48,923 nucleotides of DNA from Waddliaceae bacterium. Its GTDB lineage: Bacteria; Chlamydiota; Chlamydiia; Chlamydiales; SLFE01. Where the stretch lies: NCBI GenBank assembly GCA_963783885.1, contig CAWAPJ010000011.1, positions 1 through 48,923 on the forward strand, written 5' to 3'. How positions within the stretch are numbered: position 1 is the stretch's first letter; every line of letters starts with the position of its first letter. The notes under the pieces are model-generated. The model saw nothing but the letters and a program-made list of their open reading frames with translations. It searched no databases and was not told the origin of the DNA. A program made the translations under genes and the position numbers. Positions 35,943 through 46,877 of the stretch are shown here, in pieces.

Positions 35943-36917
35943 TCAATTTCCGGGCAATAGAGATTGCCAGGCGTGCTTGATCATGCAGTCGAGATCGGGA
36001 TATTTCTGTTTCCAGCCGAGCTCCTTTTTGGCTTCTGCCGCGTCGGCCATTAGCGTGGCGGGATCGCCCGGGCGCCGGGGGCCTTCAACAGCTTCGACGG
36101 CAAGTTCGGTTGTGTTTTCCGCTGTTTTGATGACCTCTTTGACGCTATAGCCGCGGCCATTTCCGAGGTTATAGCAGAATGAGCCGGGCATGTGGAGCAG
36201 CTTTTCCATAGCTAGGATGTGGGCCTCGGCAAGGTCCATCACGTGAATGTAGTCCCTGACGCCTGTTCCGTCGGGTGTCGGGTAGTCAGTACCGAATATC
36301 GTCACTTGGGTTTTTGATAATAAGCTTCTCAGCACAAGAGGAATGAGATTATTTTCTTTCTTTTTGTCATTTTTAATTTCTCCGTCGGGATCTCCTCCGG
36401 CCGCGTTAAAATAGCGAAGCGAGCAGCTTCTTAAGCCGTAGGCGGGGTAGTAGTCACCGAGAATTTTTTCGACCATAAGCTTGGTCCGGCCGTAAGGATT
36501 GATCGGATTGGCAGGGTCGGTTTCTTTGGCAAAGTCTCGGCTTGGGATGCCGTAAACTGCTGCCGACGAGGAAAATATGATGATTTTGATATTGTGCTGA
36601 AGCATGGCGTCTAGAAGCGTTAGAGTATTTGCGACATTGTTTGCATAATAGAGTTTGGGATCTTTGACAGATTCGCCGACATCGGTTAGAGCGGCAAAAT
36701 GCATCACCGCATCGAATCTGTTCTTGGCAAACAGAGTTTCGAGAAGCTCCTTGTCTCCGAAGTTTCCCAAAACGAACTCTCCTCGGACAACAGCTTTTCT
36801 GGATCCTGTACTGAGATCGTCGAGAACAGTCGTTTCATATCCTTTAATATTCAGGAGTTTGTTAACATGAGAACCGATAAATCCGGCGCCCCCGACAATC
36901 AAAATTTTTTTTGTCAT
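35943..36917 (-). CDS. galE: UDP-glucose 4-epimerase
   Basis: GGAGFIG, SSSAAVYG, YGRTK, RYFNAAG, RDYIHV. Confidence 0.95.
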   Translation of the reverse strand: MTKKILIVGGAGFIGSHVNKLLNIKGYETTVLDDLSTGSRKAVVRGEFVLGNFGDKELLETLFAKNRFDAVMHFAALTDVGESVKDPKLYYANNVANTLTLLDAMLQHNIKIIIFSSSAAVYGIPSRDFAKETDPANPINPYGRTKLMVEKILGDYYPAYGLRSCSLRYFNAAGGDPDGEIKNDKKKENNLIPLVLRSLLSKTQVTIFGTDYPTPDGTGVRDYIHVMDLAEAHILAMEKLLHMPGSFCYNLGNGRGYSVKEVIKTAENTTELAVEAVEGPRRPGDPATLMADAAEAKKELGWKQKYPDLDCMIKHAWQSLLPGN

Positions 36918-37021
36918 TTTTCCTCCATTTGCTTTGTATTATCTTAAACTTTTTTAGGATTTTTTGGCTTGCATACGCTAAGATGTAGATAAAAATTGTC
37001 CGATAGGGGCAAACTGAGACT

Positions 37022-39166
37022 ATGAACGATAGAAGCAGCGCCGCTCTTAATGACAGCGAGTTAAGGTTTGCTGGAGAGCAGGGTTTTTTTGACAAAAGCT
37101 TAAGCATACGCCTGCTAATCGGGCTGGTCTTCGCAATCAGCATGTTCCTTTTTGTCCATTTTCGCGAAGTGAGGGTGGAGGTTCTGGAGCTCAACAGCCG
37201 CGCCCCCAAATATGTGGTGGCTCAGGTCGACTTTGATTTTGTCGACCGGGAAGCGACGTTGATTTTAAAGCAGGAAGCGGTCAGAAATGTCGGCAAAATT
37301 TACAACGTTCCGAATAATGAGATTGTGGCCAAACGGCTCGACTTTGAAAATCTTCTGGTCAAAAACGAGGCCTTAAGGGACCGCCTTGGCGATGTGAGCT
37401 TTGATGATATCACGACAATTCTCGATACATTGCAAAAGGCGTTCGGTCAAATCAGGTTTACCGACCCTAGAACCTTGAGGAAGATCCGGGAGGCAGGGCT
37501 GCCGACAAATAATTACCAGATATTTACACCCCTCAATATTAACCAAAGCTCCATCTTGCCGCGTCAAATCTGGGCGAAATTAGTCAGGGATAATTTTCAG
37601 AAGGCCGATTTGCCTAAGGCAGCTGTTAACGAGGTAGTGAAATATTTTGAAACCGCTCCCTGGAAAATCGAGGAAGATATTCCGGCGCAAAAAGATGTGA
37701 GGACCAAAATTCAGGAGCAGGTTCCGGATAAAATTACTCATATCAGCTCCGGAAGCCGCATCATTGACCAGGGAGAAAAGGTGACGCCGCGCCATCTGGC
37801 GATGATGCAGGCTATGAAACGGGTGCTTAGCGAACAGAGGAATCTTTGGCACGTCGAGACAGTATTCGGCAGCATTATCATGGCTCTTTTGATCACCGTC
37901 ATATGCGCGGTATTTGTTAAGCTCAATTATCCTCTTTTATACGGGTCGAACAGAAAGTTGTGCCTGCTGGTGACGATCGTGATATTGAATATGGCGCTAG
38001 CCAAGGGAATGGAGTATTTTATTCTGACTTCGCCGAGCAATTTACTCGATCTCATCCGTTTTCCGCTTTTTGTCCCTTTCGCGGCGATTTTGACCTGTAA
38101 TTTAATGACAACGTCCCTGGCTACTTTCGTGACGGCACTTTTGGTTGTAATTTTCACGATGTCGCTCTCTTTTGAACATACAGGCTTTTTAATTATCAAT
38201 TTCATCGCCGCTTTAGTCGCGCTCCTGAGTACGCGTTCATTGAGAAGAAGAAAGGAAATCTTCATTGTTTGCGCGAAAGCCTGGGTAGGAGCGGCCGTCG
38301 TTGTGATCGCCCTGCATCTTTACGGCAATACTATTTGGACTTGGATGACAGTCTACGACCTTGCAAGCTCGGCTTTCTTTATGCTCCTGACTGCTATGCT
38401 TGTCCTTGGCGTCCTTCCTTTGCTTGAGAGCGCGTTTCATGTGATGAGCGATGTCACCCTGATGGAGTATATGGATCCGAATCATCTTCTGCTGAAGCGG
38501 CTGTCTTTCGAAGCTCCGGGAACATACCAGCACACTTTAATGGTCTGCAATATTGCTGAAGCTGCGGCCGTATCTATTGGAGCCAATGGTCTTTTTTGCC
38601 GGGTTGCCTCCCTTTACCATGATATCGGCAAGATGGTCACCCCCCACTTTTTTACCGAAAACCAGCAGGGAGAAATGAATGTCCATCAGCTTTTGACTCC
38701 TTTAGAGTCGGCGCAGACGATTATGGCCCATGTGAGCGAGGGGGTCGCCATGGCCAGAAAAGCGGGGCTTCCCGAACAGTTTATCGACATTATCAAGCAG
38801 CACCACGGTACCCAGTTGGTTTATTTCTTCTATCGCAAAGCATTGGATCAGGCCAAAGGGGATGAATCGCTTGTCGACGAGTCGCAGTTCAGATACTCAG
38901 GACCGAAACCCCGCACAAAAGAATCGGCGATTATTATGATCGCCGACAGTTTTGAGGCGGCTTCGCGGTCGCTCGACGAGATTAATGAAAAAAATCTGAT
39001 GGTTTTAATCGATCAAATTGTGAGGGAAAAAGCAGAAGATAGCCAGCTTGACGAATGTCTTTTGACATTCGAGGAGCTTAGCATTGTGAAAAAAACCATG
39101 GTGCAAACCCTTGTTGCCGGGCTGCACACCCGTGTCAAATACCCAAAACGTGAAACCAAGCGTTAA
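37022..39166 (+). CDS. 7TM-HDIG phosphohydrolase, PgpH-like (candidate cyclic di-AMP phosphodiesterase)
   Basis: TM + extracytoplasmic domain + ~7 TM + EAPGTYQH, YHDIGK, HHGT, YSGPKP, MIADSFEAASR. Confidence 0.85.
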   Translation: MNDRSSAALNDSELRFAGEQGFFDKSLSIRLLIGLVFAISMFLFVHFREVRVEVLELNSRAPKYVVAQVDFDFVDREATLILKQEAVRNVGKIYNVPNNEIVAKRLDFENLLVKNEALRDRLGDVSFDDITTILDTLQKAFGQIRFTDPRTLRKIREAGLPTNNYQIFTPLNINQSSILPRQIWAKLVRDNFQKADLPKAAVNEVVKYFETAPWKIEEDIPAQKDVRTKIQEQVPDKITHISSGSRIIDQGEKVTPRHLAMMQAMKRVLSEQRNLWHVETVFGSIIMALLITVICAVFVKLNYPLLYGSNRKLCLLVTIVILNMALAKGMEYFILTSPSNLLDLIRFPLFVPFAAILTCNLMTTSLATFVTALLVVIFTMSLSFEHTGFLIINFIAALVALLSTRSLRRRKEIFIVCAKAWVGAAVVVIALHLYGNTIWTWMTVYDLASSAFFMLLTAMLVLGVLPLLESAFHVMSDVTLMEYMDPNHLLLKRLSFEAPGTYQHTLMVCNIAEAAAVSIGANGLFCRVASLYHDIGKMVTPHFFTENQQGEMNVHQLLTPLESAQTIMAHVSEGVAMARKAGLPEQFIDIIKQHHGTQLVYFFYRKALDQAKGDESLVDESQFRYSGPKPRTKESAIIMIADSFEAASRSLDEINEKNLMVLIDQIVREKAEDSQLDECLLTFEELSIVKKTMVQTLVAGLHTRVKYPKRETKR

Positions 39167-39169
39167 AAC

Positions 39170-39985
39170 ATGTTGGATAGAGCAAAATCAATAAAATCGG
39201 GCGGACCCTTCAGACTGGCTTTTGTCACAGGAGCCAGTTCGGGAATCGGGAAGGCTCTCTGCAGGCTTCTTGCAAGAGAAGGGATCCATCTTGTCATTAC
39301 CGGAAGGAATAAACACAATCTTTACCAGCTGGCCGATGAAATCAGAACTCATGTCAATGTCGTCGTCTATCCTGCAGACTTATCAAAGCGGGAGGAAAGG
39401 GGGAGGATCATTCGTAAAATCCATGAGCTATCCCCCGACCTTGTCATCAATAACGCCGGATTCGGCATTTATGGAAATGTGATTGATGCCGATAAAAAAG
39501 GGCAGTTCGATATGATCGAAGTGAATGAGACGGCAGTTTTAGATCTTTGCATTGAATCTGCGAAAGTCATGCTAAAATCGGATCACCCTGGAGTGATTTT
39601 AAATGTTTCTTCGGTGGGGGGATTTATCCCTTTCCCCGGCAATGCCGTTTATGGGGCGACTAAAGCTTTTGTGAATTCCCTCTCCCTGGCGATGGATGAG
39701 GAACTTAAAGGAAAAGGCATTCGCGTTCTTGCCGCATGTCCCGGAATGGTAGAGACGAATTTTTCATATAGAGCCTCTTTTGGGAAGTACAAGACAAAAC
39801 AAAAAGACAGCATGTCCCCTGAATTTGCCGCAGAGCAGATCTGGCATCAGATCAAAAAGAAAAAGCCGATCTATATCTTTGACGGAAAATACAGACTGTT
39901 TGCCTTCTTGTCAAAATACATCATTCCCACACGATTGGTGATGAAAGCTCTTAAAAGAAGAATGAAACTTAGAGCTGGTGACTAA
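39170..39985 (+). CDS. Short-chain dehydrogenase/reductase
   Basis: TGASSGIG, NNAG, YGATK. Confidence 0.92.
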   Translation: MLDRAKSIKSGGPFRLAFVTGASSGIGKALCRLLAREGIHLVITGRNKHNLYQLADEIRTHVNVVVYPADLSKREERGRIIRKIHELSPDLVINNAGFGIYGNVIDADKKGQFDMIEVNETAVLDLCIESAKVMLKSDHPGVILNVSSVGGFIPFPGNAVYGATKAFVNSLSLAMDEELKGKGIRVLAACPGMVETNFSYRASFGKYKTKQKDSMSPEFAAEQIWHQIKKKKPIYIFDGKYRLFAFLSKYIIPTRLVMKALKRRMKLRAGD

Positions 39986-40385
39986 TGATTTTGTCTTTGT
40001 CCACTTGCCTGATGAGGATGCTGGCAAGTTTATCAGCGGTGATGGGTTTGCTGATATAGTCGTCCATGCCGGCTTTTAAGTATTTTTCCCGATCGCCTTC
40101 AATGGCATTGGCAGTGAGAGCGACAAATGGAATTTTCTGATAATTTTGGTGTTCCTTCCGAATTTTTTGAGTCGCTTCGACGCCGTCCATATCCGGCATT
40201 TGAATATCCATGAAGATGATGTCATAGCTTTTGCCGGCCGCTTTTTCCAGTGCTTCGACACCGCTGACAGCTGTATCGACGCGGCACTTCATCATTTCAA
40301 GCATGTGTTTGGTTAGTTCAAGGTTGATGGCATAGTCGTCGACGACAAGGACGTCGACATCGAATTGTGCCTGGATTTTTCTCAT
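39969..40385 (-). CDS. Single-domain response regulator (receiver)
   Basis: VVDD, MDIQMP, TANA, KP; no output domain. Confidence 0.92.
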   Translation of the reverse strand: MRKIQAQFDVDVLVVDDYAINLELTKHMLEMMKCRVDTAVSGVEALEKAAGKSYDIIFMDIQMPDMDGVEATQKIRKEHQNYQKIPFVALTANAIEGDREKYLKAGMDDYISKPITADKLASILIRQVDKDKIISHQL

Positions 40386-42166
40386 GACAATTCCCCGGTT
40401 TCAAATGGGAGCTTAAACCAGAATTTCGAGCCATTGTTTTCTTTACTTTCCATCCCGATGTTTCCTCCTAAAGCCTCCACTAACTCTTTGCTGATCGTCA
40501 GGCCAAGGCCCGATCCTCCATATTTTCTTGTTGTCGAGGTATCTTCCTGGGCAAAAGTTTCGAAAATTTTATCATGCATTTCCTTTTTGATTCCCCGGCC
40601 TGTATCCTGAACTTCAAACCTTATGCAATGGGGACTGTTTGTCTGATCAACTCTGAGGACCACGTAGCCTTTATCGGTAAATTTGATTGCATTGCCGACA
40701 AGGTTTAAAAGGATTTGCCGGATTCGAAAAGAGTCGCTTATGAGCGTGTCGGGGACTTCCGGAGAGTATTCATAATTGAGTTCGATTCCCTTTTCTTTCG
40801 CTTTCGGGGTCAGAAGGTCGATGACATCCTGTATCTGTTCACGAAGATTGAATTCGATTTTTTCAAATTTGAGCTGTCCCGATTCGATTTTTGAAATATC
40901 CAGTATGTCGTTAATCAGGGAAAGCAGGTGTTCTGCCGATTTATAAACCTTGTTGCTGAAGTTTTGCTGGGTTTCATCGAGTGGAGTATTGAGAAGAAGC
41001 TCGGTCATCCCCATAATTCCATTTAGGGGAGTTCGGATTTCGTGGCTCATATTGGCGAGAAAAGCGCTTTTAGCGCGGTTTGCCGAAAGTGCTTGGTCTC
41101 TGGCCTCTTCGAGCTCCTTGTTTTTTTCAGCCAACGTTTTGACATAGGCAGTCAGTTTTTCATCCCGTTCTCTGAGCATTTCTTTGGCTTTTTTTCTTTC
41201 GATCTCCATTTCGAAATCTTCCATAATGATAATGCAGACCTGAAGAATAGGCAGTATGAATTGAATATCATCATCGCTAAATGTCTGGTGGTCGTTAACA
41301 AGTCCCAGTAGTCCGACAAGTTTGCCTTTATTGATCAGCGGGACTCCTAAAAAATGTTTGAGTTGATGCCGGGTATAAGGATCTTGCGGTTTAATTTCAT
41401 TGGCGATAACAGGTTCTTGTGTGGAAATCACTTTTTTTAAGAAGGGAGTAATGAGAGAAAAATTGATATCTTTGCTTTCGTGATTTTGGTGGAATTTGTG
41501 AAGCTCTTCTTTCCAGGGGAGGTCCGCTACAGCCAGATGGCCGAAAATTGTCATTTGCTCATTGTGTTCTTTGATTTGGGCGATGATTCCATGGACGCTT
41601 TTAGTCACGGCCATAAGCGAGGTGAGAAGCTCGTTAAAGATCTCAGAAATATTTGATTTGTCTTTATTGACAATGAACTGGGACTCCACTCGGGTAATGG
41701 TGTCGAGAATGATGTTCGTATTTCTCAAAGTCTCTTCGATTTTCTTTCTCAGCGTAATGTCGTGGAAAATTCCGAGGTAGAGTTTTTCGTCGGTATGGCC
41801 GATTCTTATGACTCTAAGTTCAATTGATCTTAAGGTGCCGTCCCGGTGTTTGGCAAAGAGGTCGTATTTATTGGCGACTTTTCTATCGTCTATCTGCCTC
41901 AAATCCTCCGTAAAAATGAGTTCAATGCCAAGCTGGGGGTCGTTGAGAAGGTCCCAGAATTTCAAGCCGATTGCCTCTTCCGGCGTATAGCCCAGGATCT
42001 GCTCGGCGGCGGGATTGAACGATTCGATGATGCCTTTTGCGTTGCAGGCGATGACACCGTGCATAGAATGATTGAAGAGTGCCCGAAGGTGGGCCTCGCT
42101 ATTCATAAGCATTTTCTTGAGTGTATTGGAAAAATGCGTCTTTTTTTGAGGGCTCTCATCTGCCAT
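40382..42166 (-). CDS. Cytoplasmic PAS-GAF sensor histidine kinase
   Basis: PAS ([11 protein letters not shown]), GAF-like region, H-box [11 protein letters not shown]1/F/G2 boxes; no TM segment apparent. Confidence 0.92.
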   Translation of the reverse strand: MADESPQKKTHFSNTLKKMLMNSEAHLRALFNHSMHGVIACNAKGIIESFNPAAEQILGYTPEEAIGLKFWDLLNDPQLGIELIFTEDLRQIDDRKVANKYDLFAKHRDGTLRSIELRVIRIGHTDEKLYLGIFHDITLRKKIEETLRNTNIILDTITRVESQFIVNKDKSNISEIFNELLTSLMAVTKSVHGIIAQIKEHNEQMTIFGHLAVADLPWKEELHKFHQNHESKDINFSLITPFLKKVISTQEPVIANEIKPQDPYTRHQLKHFLGVPLINKGKLVGLLGLVNDHQTFSDDDIQFILPILQVCIIIMEDFEMEIERKKAKEMLRERDEKLTAYVKTLAEKNKELEEARDQALSANRAKSAFLANMSHEIRTPLNGIMGMTELLLNTPLDETQQNFSNKVYKSAEHLLSLINDILDISKIESGQLKFEKIEFNLREQIQDVIDLLTPKAKEKGIELNYEYSPEVPDTLISDSFRIRQILLNLVGNAIKFTDKGYVVLRVDQTNSPHCIRFEVQDTGRGIKKEMHDKIFETFAQEDTSTTRKYGGSGLGLTISKELVEALGGNIGMESKENNGSKFWFKLPFETGELS

Positions 42167-42216
42167 ACCTTGATTATATAAAAGGAAGCGGATTTTTTCG
42201 AATAGTTCCTAAACTG

Positions 42217-42786
42217 TTAATTTAGAGTAAGATCCTCAGGAATCATCGAGAGAGTCGCGTACTTTCCCCCCATTTTTCGCAAAAGGGTCTGCCAAAGTTT
42301 TTCGGAAGGAGTATTGAATATCAGATCCTTGGATGCCGGATAGAGCAGCCATTGGCCATCGAGAAATTCGCGCTCCAGCTGGCCGCCGCCCCATCCCGAA
42401 TAACCGAAACAGAGGAAAATCTCAGGGCCTTCGGCATCCGTTATGCACTTTTGCAGAAAATTGAGGTCCCCTCCAAGATAAACCCCTTCGCATATTTCGA
42501 GAGATTGCTGCATGACTTTATCGGATGTGTGCAGCAGCATCATTTGATTTGTCTGAACAGGCCCCGATGCCCGAATGCCGACACTTGGATTGGCGAGTTG
42601 TTCGATATTGATGATCTCATCGGGCAGTTCGATATTGAGGCTTTTATTGACGACAAGTCCGAAAGACCCTTCTGCTGTATGTTCGCAGACGAGTATCACG
42701 CTGCGAAAAAAAAGGCCGGTATCAATTTCAGGTGTAGAAACTAAAAACGTCCCTTTTTCAATTTGTGAATAAGGTAAATTTTCCAT
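42217..42786 (-). CDS. yqgE: YqgE/AlgH (UPF0301) family protein
   Basis: [31 protein letters not shown]. Confidence 0.92.
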   Translation of the reverse strand: MENLPYSQIEKGTFLVSTPEIDTGLFFRSVILVCEHTAEGSFGLVVNKSLNIELPDEIINIEQLANPSVGIRASGPVQTNQMMLLHTSDKVMQQSLEICEGVYLGGDLNFLQKCITDAEGPEIFLCFGYSGWGGGQLEREFLDGQWLLYPASKDLIFNTPSEKLWQTLLRKMGGKYATLSMIPEDLTLN

Positions 42787-42797
42787 CAATTAGAATC

Positions 42798-43829
42798 CTA
42801 TTCGCATTGAGTACAGCAATCTTCGCGGCTTTCGATAAGCTGCTGATTCACGAGTTTGATGTTTTGTTCGAGTCCGTCAATGCGGCGCAGCAGGTCAGTG
42901 AAAACTTTTTCAAATTCAAAGCTGCACAAATTTCTCCAGTAGTTGCCATACTCTCCTTCGTTCAATATCATATTGACTCTGGAAAGAGAGGTACTGATCT
43001 GATTGATCTCGTCTTCGAAGAAGTTGTTGAATTCCTGAGGGCTGGAGAGTTTGCTCATGATATTAATTCTGCGGGCCCTTTGCCTCTGCCAAGTTTTGTT
43101 TGTATTGAATAGCAGCCCGTAATGGTTGATGTCGTCCATCACGGTTTCCCCTTTGCTAAGAAGCGATGTGAGGCGAAGATATAGGTCATTGTTCAAGTTA
43201 TTGGAAAAGTCGCTCATATTAGAGATGAAAGAATCGATCTCGTCGGGTTTGTCCAGCGATTCCATGACGCTCGCGACGCTCTCTGCGATGCTGCCCATGT
43301 TTTCCCAAAACTGGTCCTTTTCAAGCGTATCGAATCCCCTGTTTATTTTGTCTGCCAGGTTGCCCACAAGTTTGACGGTCGCCTCAATTGAAGCGGGGGG
43401 AGTCGCAAAGAGGACCTGGTCGGTCACGCGGACAAGCTTTTCTCCAGGTTTAGGCGGCAAAGGAGTGATGAGGACCGACCTTTCTCCGAGAAGGCCTGAT
43501 GTTGCGGGGGAAATTTCATCGCTGGTGTAAATGATCACTCCCGAGTCGATCTTCAGCGTCAGCTCATAGATGTAAACCTCTCCGTCGTGCAGCTCCTTTT
43601 GCTGGCGGGCATCTTCGATTTCCTGAATATTCGTCACTTCTCCAACGGGATGGCCAGCAAAAAGAACCCGCGTTCCTATCGAGATTTTATCGATATCGGT
43701 GAATCGGACGCGAAGGGTCTGCCCCTCGTCTCCGACGGTGGGGTGGAGAAACAGCAGCACGTAAACAACAATCCCCAGTCCCGCCAGGGTGAAGATCCCA
43801 ATCAATAAGTTTTTAGTCTGGTCGGCCAT
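42798..43829 (-). CDS. mlaD: MlaD/MCE family protein
   Basis: N-terminal TM, GTRVLFAGHPVGEV, SGLLGE, long helical tail. Confidence 0.88.
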   Translation of the reverse strand: MADQTKNLLIGIFTLAGLGIVVYVLLFLHPTVGDEGQTLRVRFTDIDKISIGTRVLFAGHPVGEVTNIQEIEDARQQKELHDGEVYIYELTLKIDSGVIIYTSDEISPATSGLLGERSVLITPLPPKPGEKLVRVTDQVLFATPPASIEATVKLVGNLADKINRGFDTLEKDQFWENMGSIAESVASVMESLDKPDEIDSFISNMSDFSNNLNNDLYLRLTSLLSKGETVMDDINHYGLLFNTNKTWQRQRARRINIMSKLSSPQEFNNFFEDEINQISTSLSRVNMILNEGEYGNYWRNLCSFEFEKVFTDLLRRIDGLEQNIKLVNQQLIESREDCCTQCE

Positions 43830-43844
43830 ATTGGTTTACACTCC

Positions 43845-44627
43845 TTAAATACCACTTTTACTCAGTTGGGCATTTTGTATAAAGGTTTGGATCACCGGAT
43901 CGTCAATTTTGAAAAATGCGTCTTTCGGGGCAATGTGAAGGATTTTGCCGTCGTGGTGCAGGGCGATCCTGTCTCCTACCTCCAGAGCAGACCGGATATC
44001 GTGGGTCACAACAATGCTTGTGGCGTTTAGTTCATACTGTGTTTTTTTAATGAGCTGGTTGATTTGCATTGCTGTGATGGGGTCGAGTCCGGTGGTCGGT
44101 TCGTCGAAGAGCATAATGCTCGGGTGATAGACAATGAGCCGGGCCAGCCCGGCTCTTTTTCGCATTCCTCCTGAAAGATCGGAGGGCATTTTTTTCTCTG
44201 TGCCTCCAAGATCGACGGTGTTTAGCGCATCTAAAACTCTTTCTTTGATCTCTTGCTTTGTGATGGGCTTTTTCTTCATCGGATCGCCGTGCTGGTTGAG
44301 ATAAAAAGCGGTATTTTCTCCGACGTTCATCGAGTCGAACAGGGCCGCCCCCTGAAAAAGCATGCCCATATGTTTGTAAATTTCATGCTTTTCCCACTTG
44401 GAAAGAGATAAAACATTCTTGCCGTCGATGTTAATCGTCCCTTTATCGGGGATTTCAATGCCCATAATCTGCTTAAGCAAAACACTCTTGCCGACTCCGG
44501 ACCTGCCGAGAATCACAATCGTCTCTCCCTCGTAAACATCCAGATCCAGACCGGTCAGCACCTGCAAAGATCCGTATCTTTTCCAGAGATCCCGTATTTT
44601 AATTTTAACTTTTTTTTCTTCTTCCAT
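43845..44627 (-). CDS. mlaF: MlaF-type ABC ATPase
   Basis: GRSGVGKS, LFQGAALFDS, LSGGMRKR, FDEPT, VTHD. Confidence 0.92.
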   Translation of the reverse strand: MEEEKKVKIKIRDLWKRYGSLQVLTGLDLDVYEGETIVILGRSGVGKSVLLKQIMGIEIPDKGTINIDGKNVLSLSKWEKHEIYKHMGMLFQGAALFDSMNVGENTAFYLNQHGDPMKKKPITKQEIKERVLDALNTVDLGGTEKKMPSDLSGGMRKRAGLARLIVYHPSIMLFDEPTTGLDPITAMQINQLIKKTQYELNATSIVVTHDIRSALEVGDRIALHHDGKILHIAPKDAFFKIDDPVIQTFIQNAQLSKSGI

Positions 44628-45424
44628 TATTTCACCAGCCAGGGCGCGTATTTTTCGAGGAAAGGATAAAAACTGTTGATTGTTATGGTAATCAGAAAGT
44701 TAGTGATCAGAATCACCGAATAGCTGATCACCACGCTATTTGTCGTCGATTTGCCAACGCCCCTTGCTCCCCCTTTCGACACCATACCCTTGTAGCAGCT
44801 GATCGTGACGATAACGATTCCGAAAAAGATCGACTTGAGTATGCCGCTGAAGAAATCGAAGTTGTCGAGATGAACCGGCAAGGGGTCCAGGAAGGTTTGC
44901 GAATCCATTCCATAATAATAGACAGCGATAAAATACCCGCCTACAATTCCCAAAAAACAGCTGTAGACAGTCAGAAGCGGCATCATGACAATTCCGCCGA
45001 TGAATCTTGGAGCCACCAGATAGCGAAGAGGGTTGACCGCCATAGACCGAAGAGCGTCAATCTGTTCGGTTACCTTCATCGTTCCCAGCTCAGCGGTCAT
45101 GGCCGCTCCGACCCGTCCAGTAATCATAAAGGCGGTTAAGACAGGGCCCATTTCGACCATCATGGCTTTGGCTACCATCAGGCCGGTGACGCTTGTGAGT
45201 CCATAGCTGGAGAGTTGAAAAAACGCCTGCGCGGCAAGGACGATTCCGGTGGAAAAGCCGGTAACGGAGACAACGGGAAGCGATGCCACGCCGATTTCGT
45301 AGAACTGGTTTCTAATCAGGGAAAAGTTCGGGGGCCGCCTGAGCGAGACCCAAAAAACCTGAGCGATGAGCACAAAATATTCACCGACAGCTGTTAACGA
45401 TTGCGAAAAAGGTATACCATTCAT
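44627..45424 (-). CDS. mlaE: MlaE-type ABC permease
   Basis: EMGPVLTA, GRVGAAMTAELGTMKVTEQIDAL. Confidence 0.93.
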   Translation of the reverse strand: MNGIPFSQSLTAVGEYFVLIAQVFWVSLRRPPNFSLIRNQFYEIGVASLPVVSVTGFSTGIVLAAQAFFQLSSYGLTSVTGLMVAKAMMVEMGPVLTAFMITGRVGAAMTAELGTMKVTEQIDALRSMAVNPLRYLVAPRFIGGIVMMPLLTVYSCFLGIVGGYFIAVYYYGMDSQTFLDPLPVHLDNFDFFSGILKSIFFGIVIVTISCYKGMVSKGGARGVGKSTTNSVVISYSVILITNFLITITINSFYPFLEKYAPWLVK

Positions 45425-45508
45425 TCCGGAGCAAATCCTAGGGTATCTGTCCGGATTTTAAGGGATGCCTTTCTTTGGGTCAAAAGAAAACAGCTTGTCC
45501 CTAGAAAG

Positions 45509-46639
45509 TTATCGCCTGGTGATGATAAAGCCCGTTTTTTCTTGATCGTCCAGCCAAAACAGGTAAGTGCCCTTTGTTTTCATTGGTATGGAGTTGTCAT
45601 GTGGGGCGATTTCGTGGTATTCGTTTTCTGGAGTGCGCATATACATGGGCACATGTGAGTAATTCTTAATAAAATGGTTATTATTCTCACCTGCAAAACA
45701 CTTTACGTTCGAAACAATTTCCCAATTTAAACGTTGTATTGATGAACCTTTCAGGTTTATATTCTTGAATTTTTGAGAATTTTCAAATTTTTCCCAATTC
45801 ATATCATCCAGAGGTGGCATCAATATGGGTTTACCGGATTCGATGGTTTCAATATATAAATTTGGAACAATTGTCGCTTTGCTTCCAGGTGCTGGACCTT
45901 TGTGATTAGCAAATTCTTCTGCCCACTTGGGAATATTAACATCTTGTGGAGTCAATTTAGACAAATTGACTTTACGTTTATTTTTCGGGTCTTGAGGAAG
46001 AGGCTTTACACTGCCACTTTGTTGAGGATTGCTGATTGGTATCTCGTTTACTTCTTCAGGTTTAACGATAAAAGTACCCTCTTCATTGTTGATAACTGTC
46101 GTGCCTGATGTGTCGGGATTGTCAATAGTCGAGTCCTTTGTTTTAGGATCTTCATCAGAAATTTTTATAGTTTTGAATATTTGTAAAGCGACATTTTGAG
46201 AATAATATAACTCCATATCCTTGGCTATTTGTTTGGCTTTTTCATTATATTTCTCGACTTCATTATACCAAATAGGGATTTCTATTTTATCTACGTGATG
46301 GCGATTTTTAATCCAATTGCCTAAACGCTTTAAAAAGAACGCTTTTGCAATTTTGCTTACAATAAGGACTACCTTTCCAAGAAAGGAATGATTATAGTTA
46401 TCAATTTTTCCGTTTAAAATGTTAATATTATTTTTTATTTGATTGGCTTCTGCCTGGTCGGTGGGTATATGTTGATTGATTACAAATTGGGCGGAATCGC
46501 GAACTTTCTTGAGTGAAGATGGTTTCAAGAGGCTGCTTTTATAATAAAGGAGTCCTTTAGCGACAGACAAATGATTCCCGTTTTTTTTATTAGGATCAAA
46601 ATCCCTTTTTAAAAAAATATTTTCACCATGAATACACAT
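45509..46639 (-). CDS. Hypothetical AT-rich protein, candidate secreted effector
   Basis: Long low-GC ORF; likely start MCIHGE at 46639; amphipathic FLGKVVLIVSKIAKAFF segment and a low-complexity linker. Confidence 0.6.
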   Translation of the reverse strand: MCIHGENIFLKRDFDPNKKNGNHLSVAKGLLYYKSSLLKPSSLKKVRDSAQFVINQHIPTDQAEANQIKNNINILNGKIDNYNHSFLGKVVLIVSKIAKAFFLKRLGNWIKNRHHVDKIEIPIWYNEVEKYNEKAKQIAKDMELYYSQNVALQIFKTIKISDEDPKTKDSTIDNPDTSGTTVINNEEGTFIVKPEEVNEIPISNPQQSGSVKPLPQDPKNKRKVNLSKLTPQDVNIPKWAEEFANHKGPAPGSKATIVPNLYIETIESGKPILMPPLDDMNWEKFENSQKFKNINLKGSSIQRLNWEIVSNVKCFAGENNNHFIKNYSHVPMYMRTPENEYHEIAPHDNSIPMKTKGTYLFWLDDQEKTGFIITRR

Positions 46640-46877
46640 AATTTCATCCTGTTTTAAGATTTTATGAAAATAATAATAACTAATCTTATAATAATTGTCA
46701 ATTATATGAAAAATTCGGTAGACATACTTGTTAAATAATAATTTGAATAAAAGTACACTCAATTAAATAATTTTTTTTAAGAGAGCTCCTCCCATGGAAG
46801 TTTGATAGGTTAGATCTTTAGGTGAGTTAATAAAAAAAACTGTGGAGTTTTAATAATTTTTAGTTTAAAATTCTTTT

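Noticed and set aside
46640-46762. 41-aa N-terminal extension of the 417-aa ORF
   Set aside because: Extremely AT-rich, promoter-like DNA without an ATG start; ATG 46639 with an upstream AGGA is more plausible.
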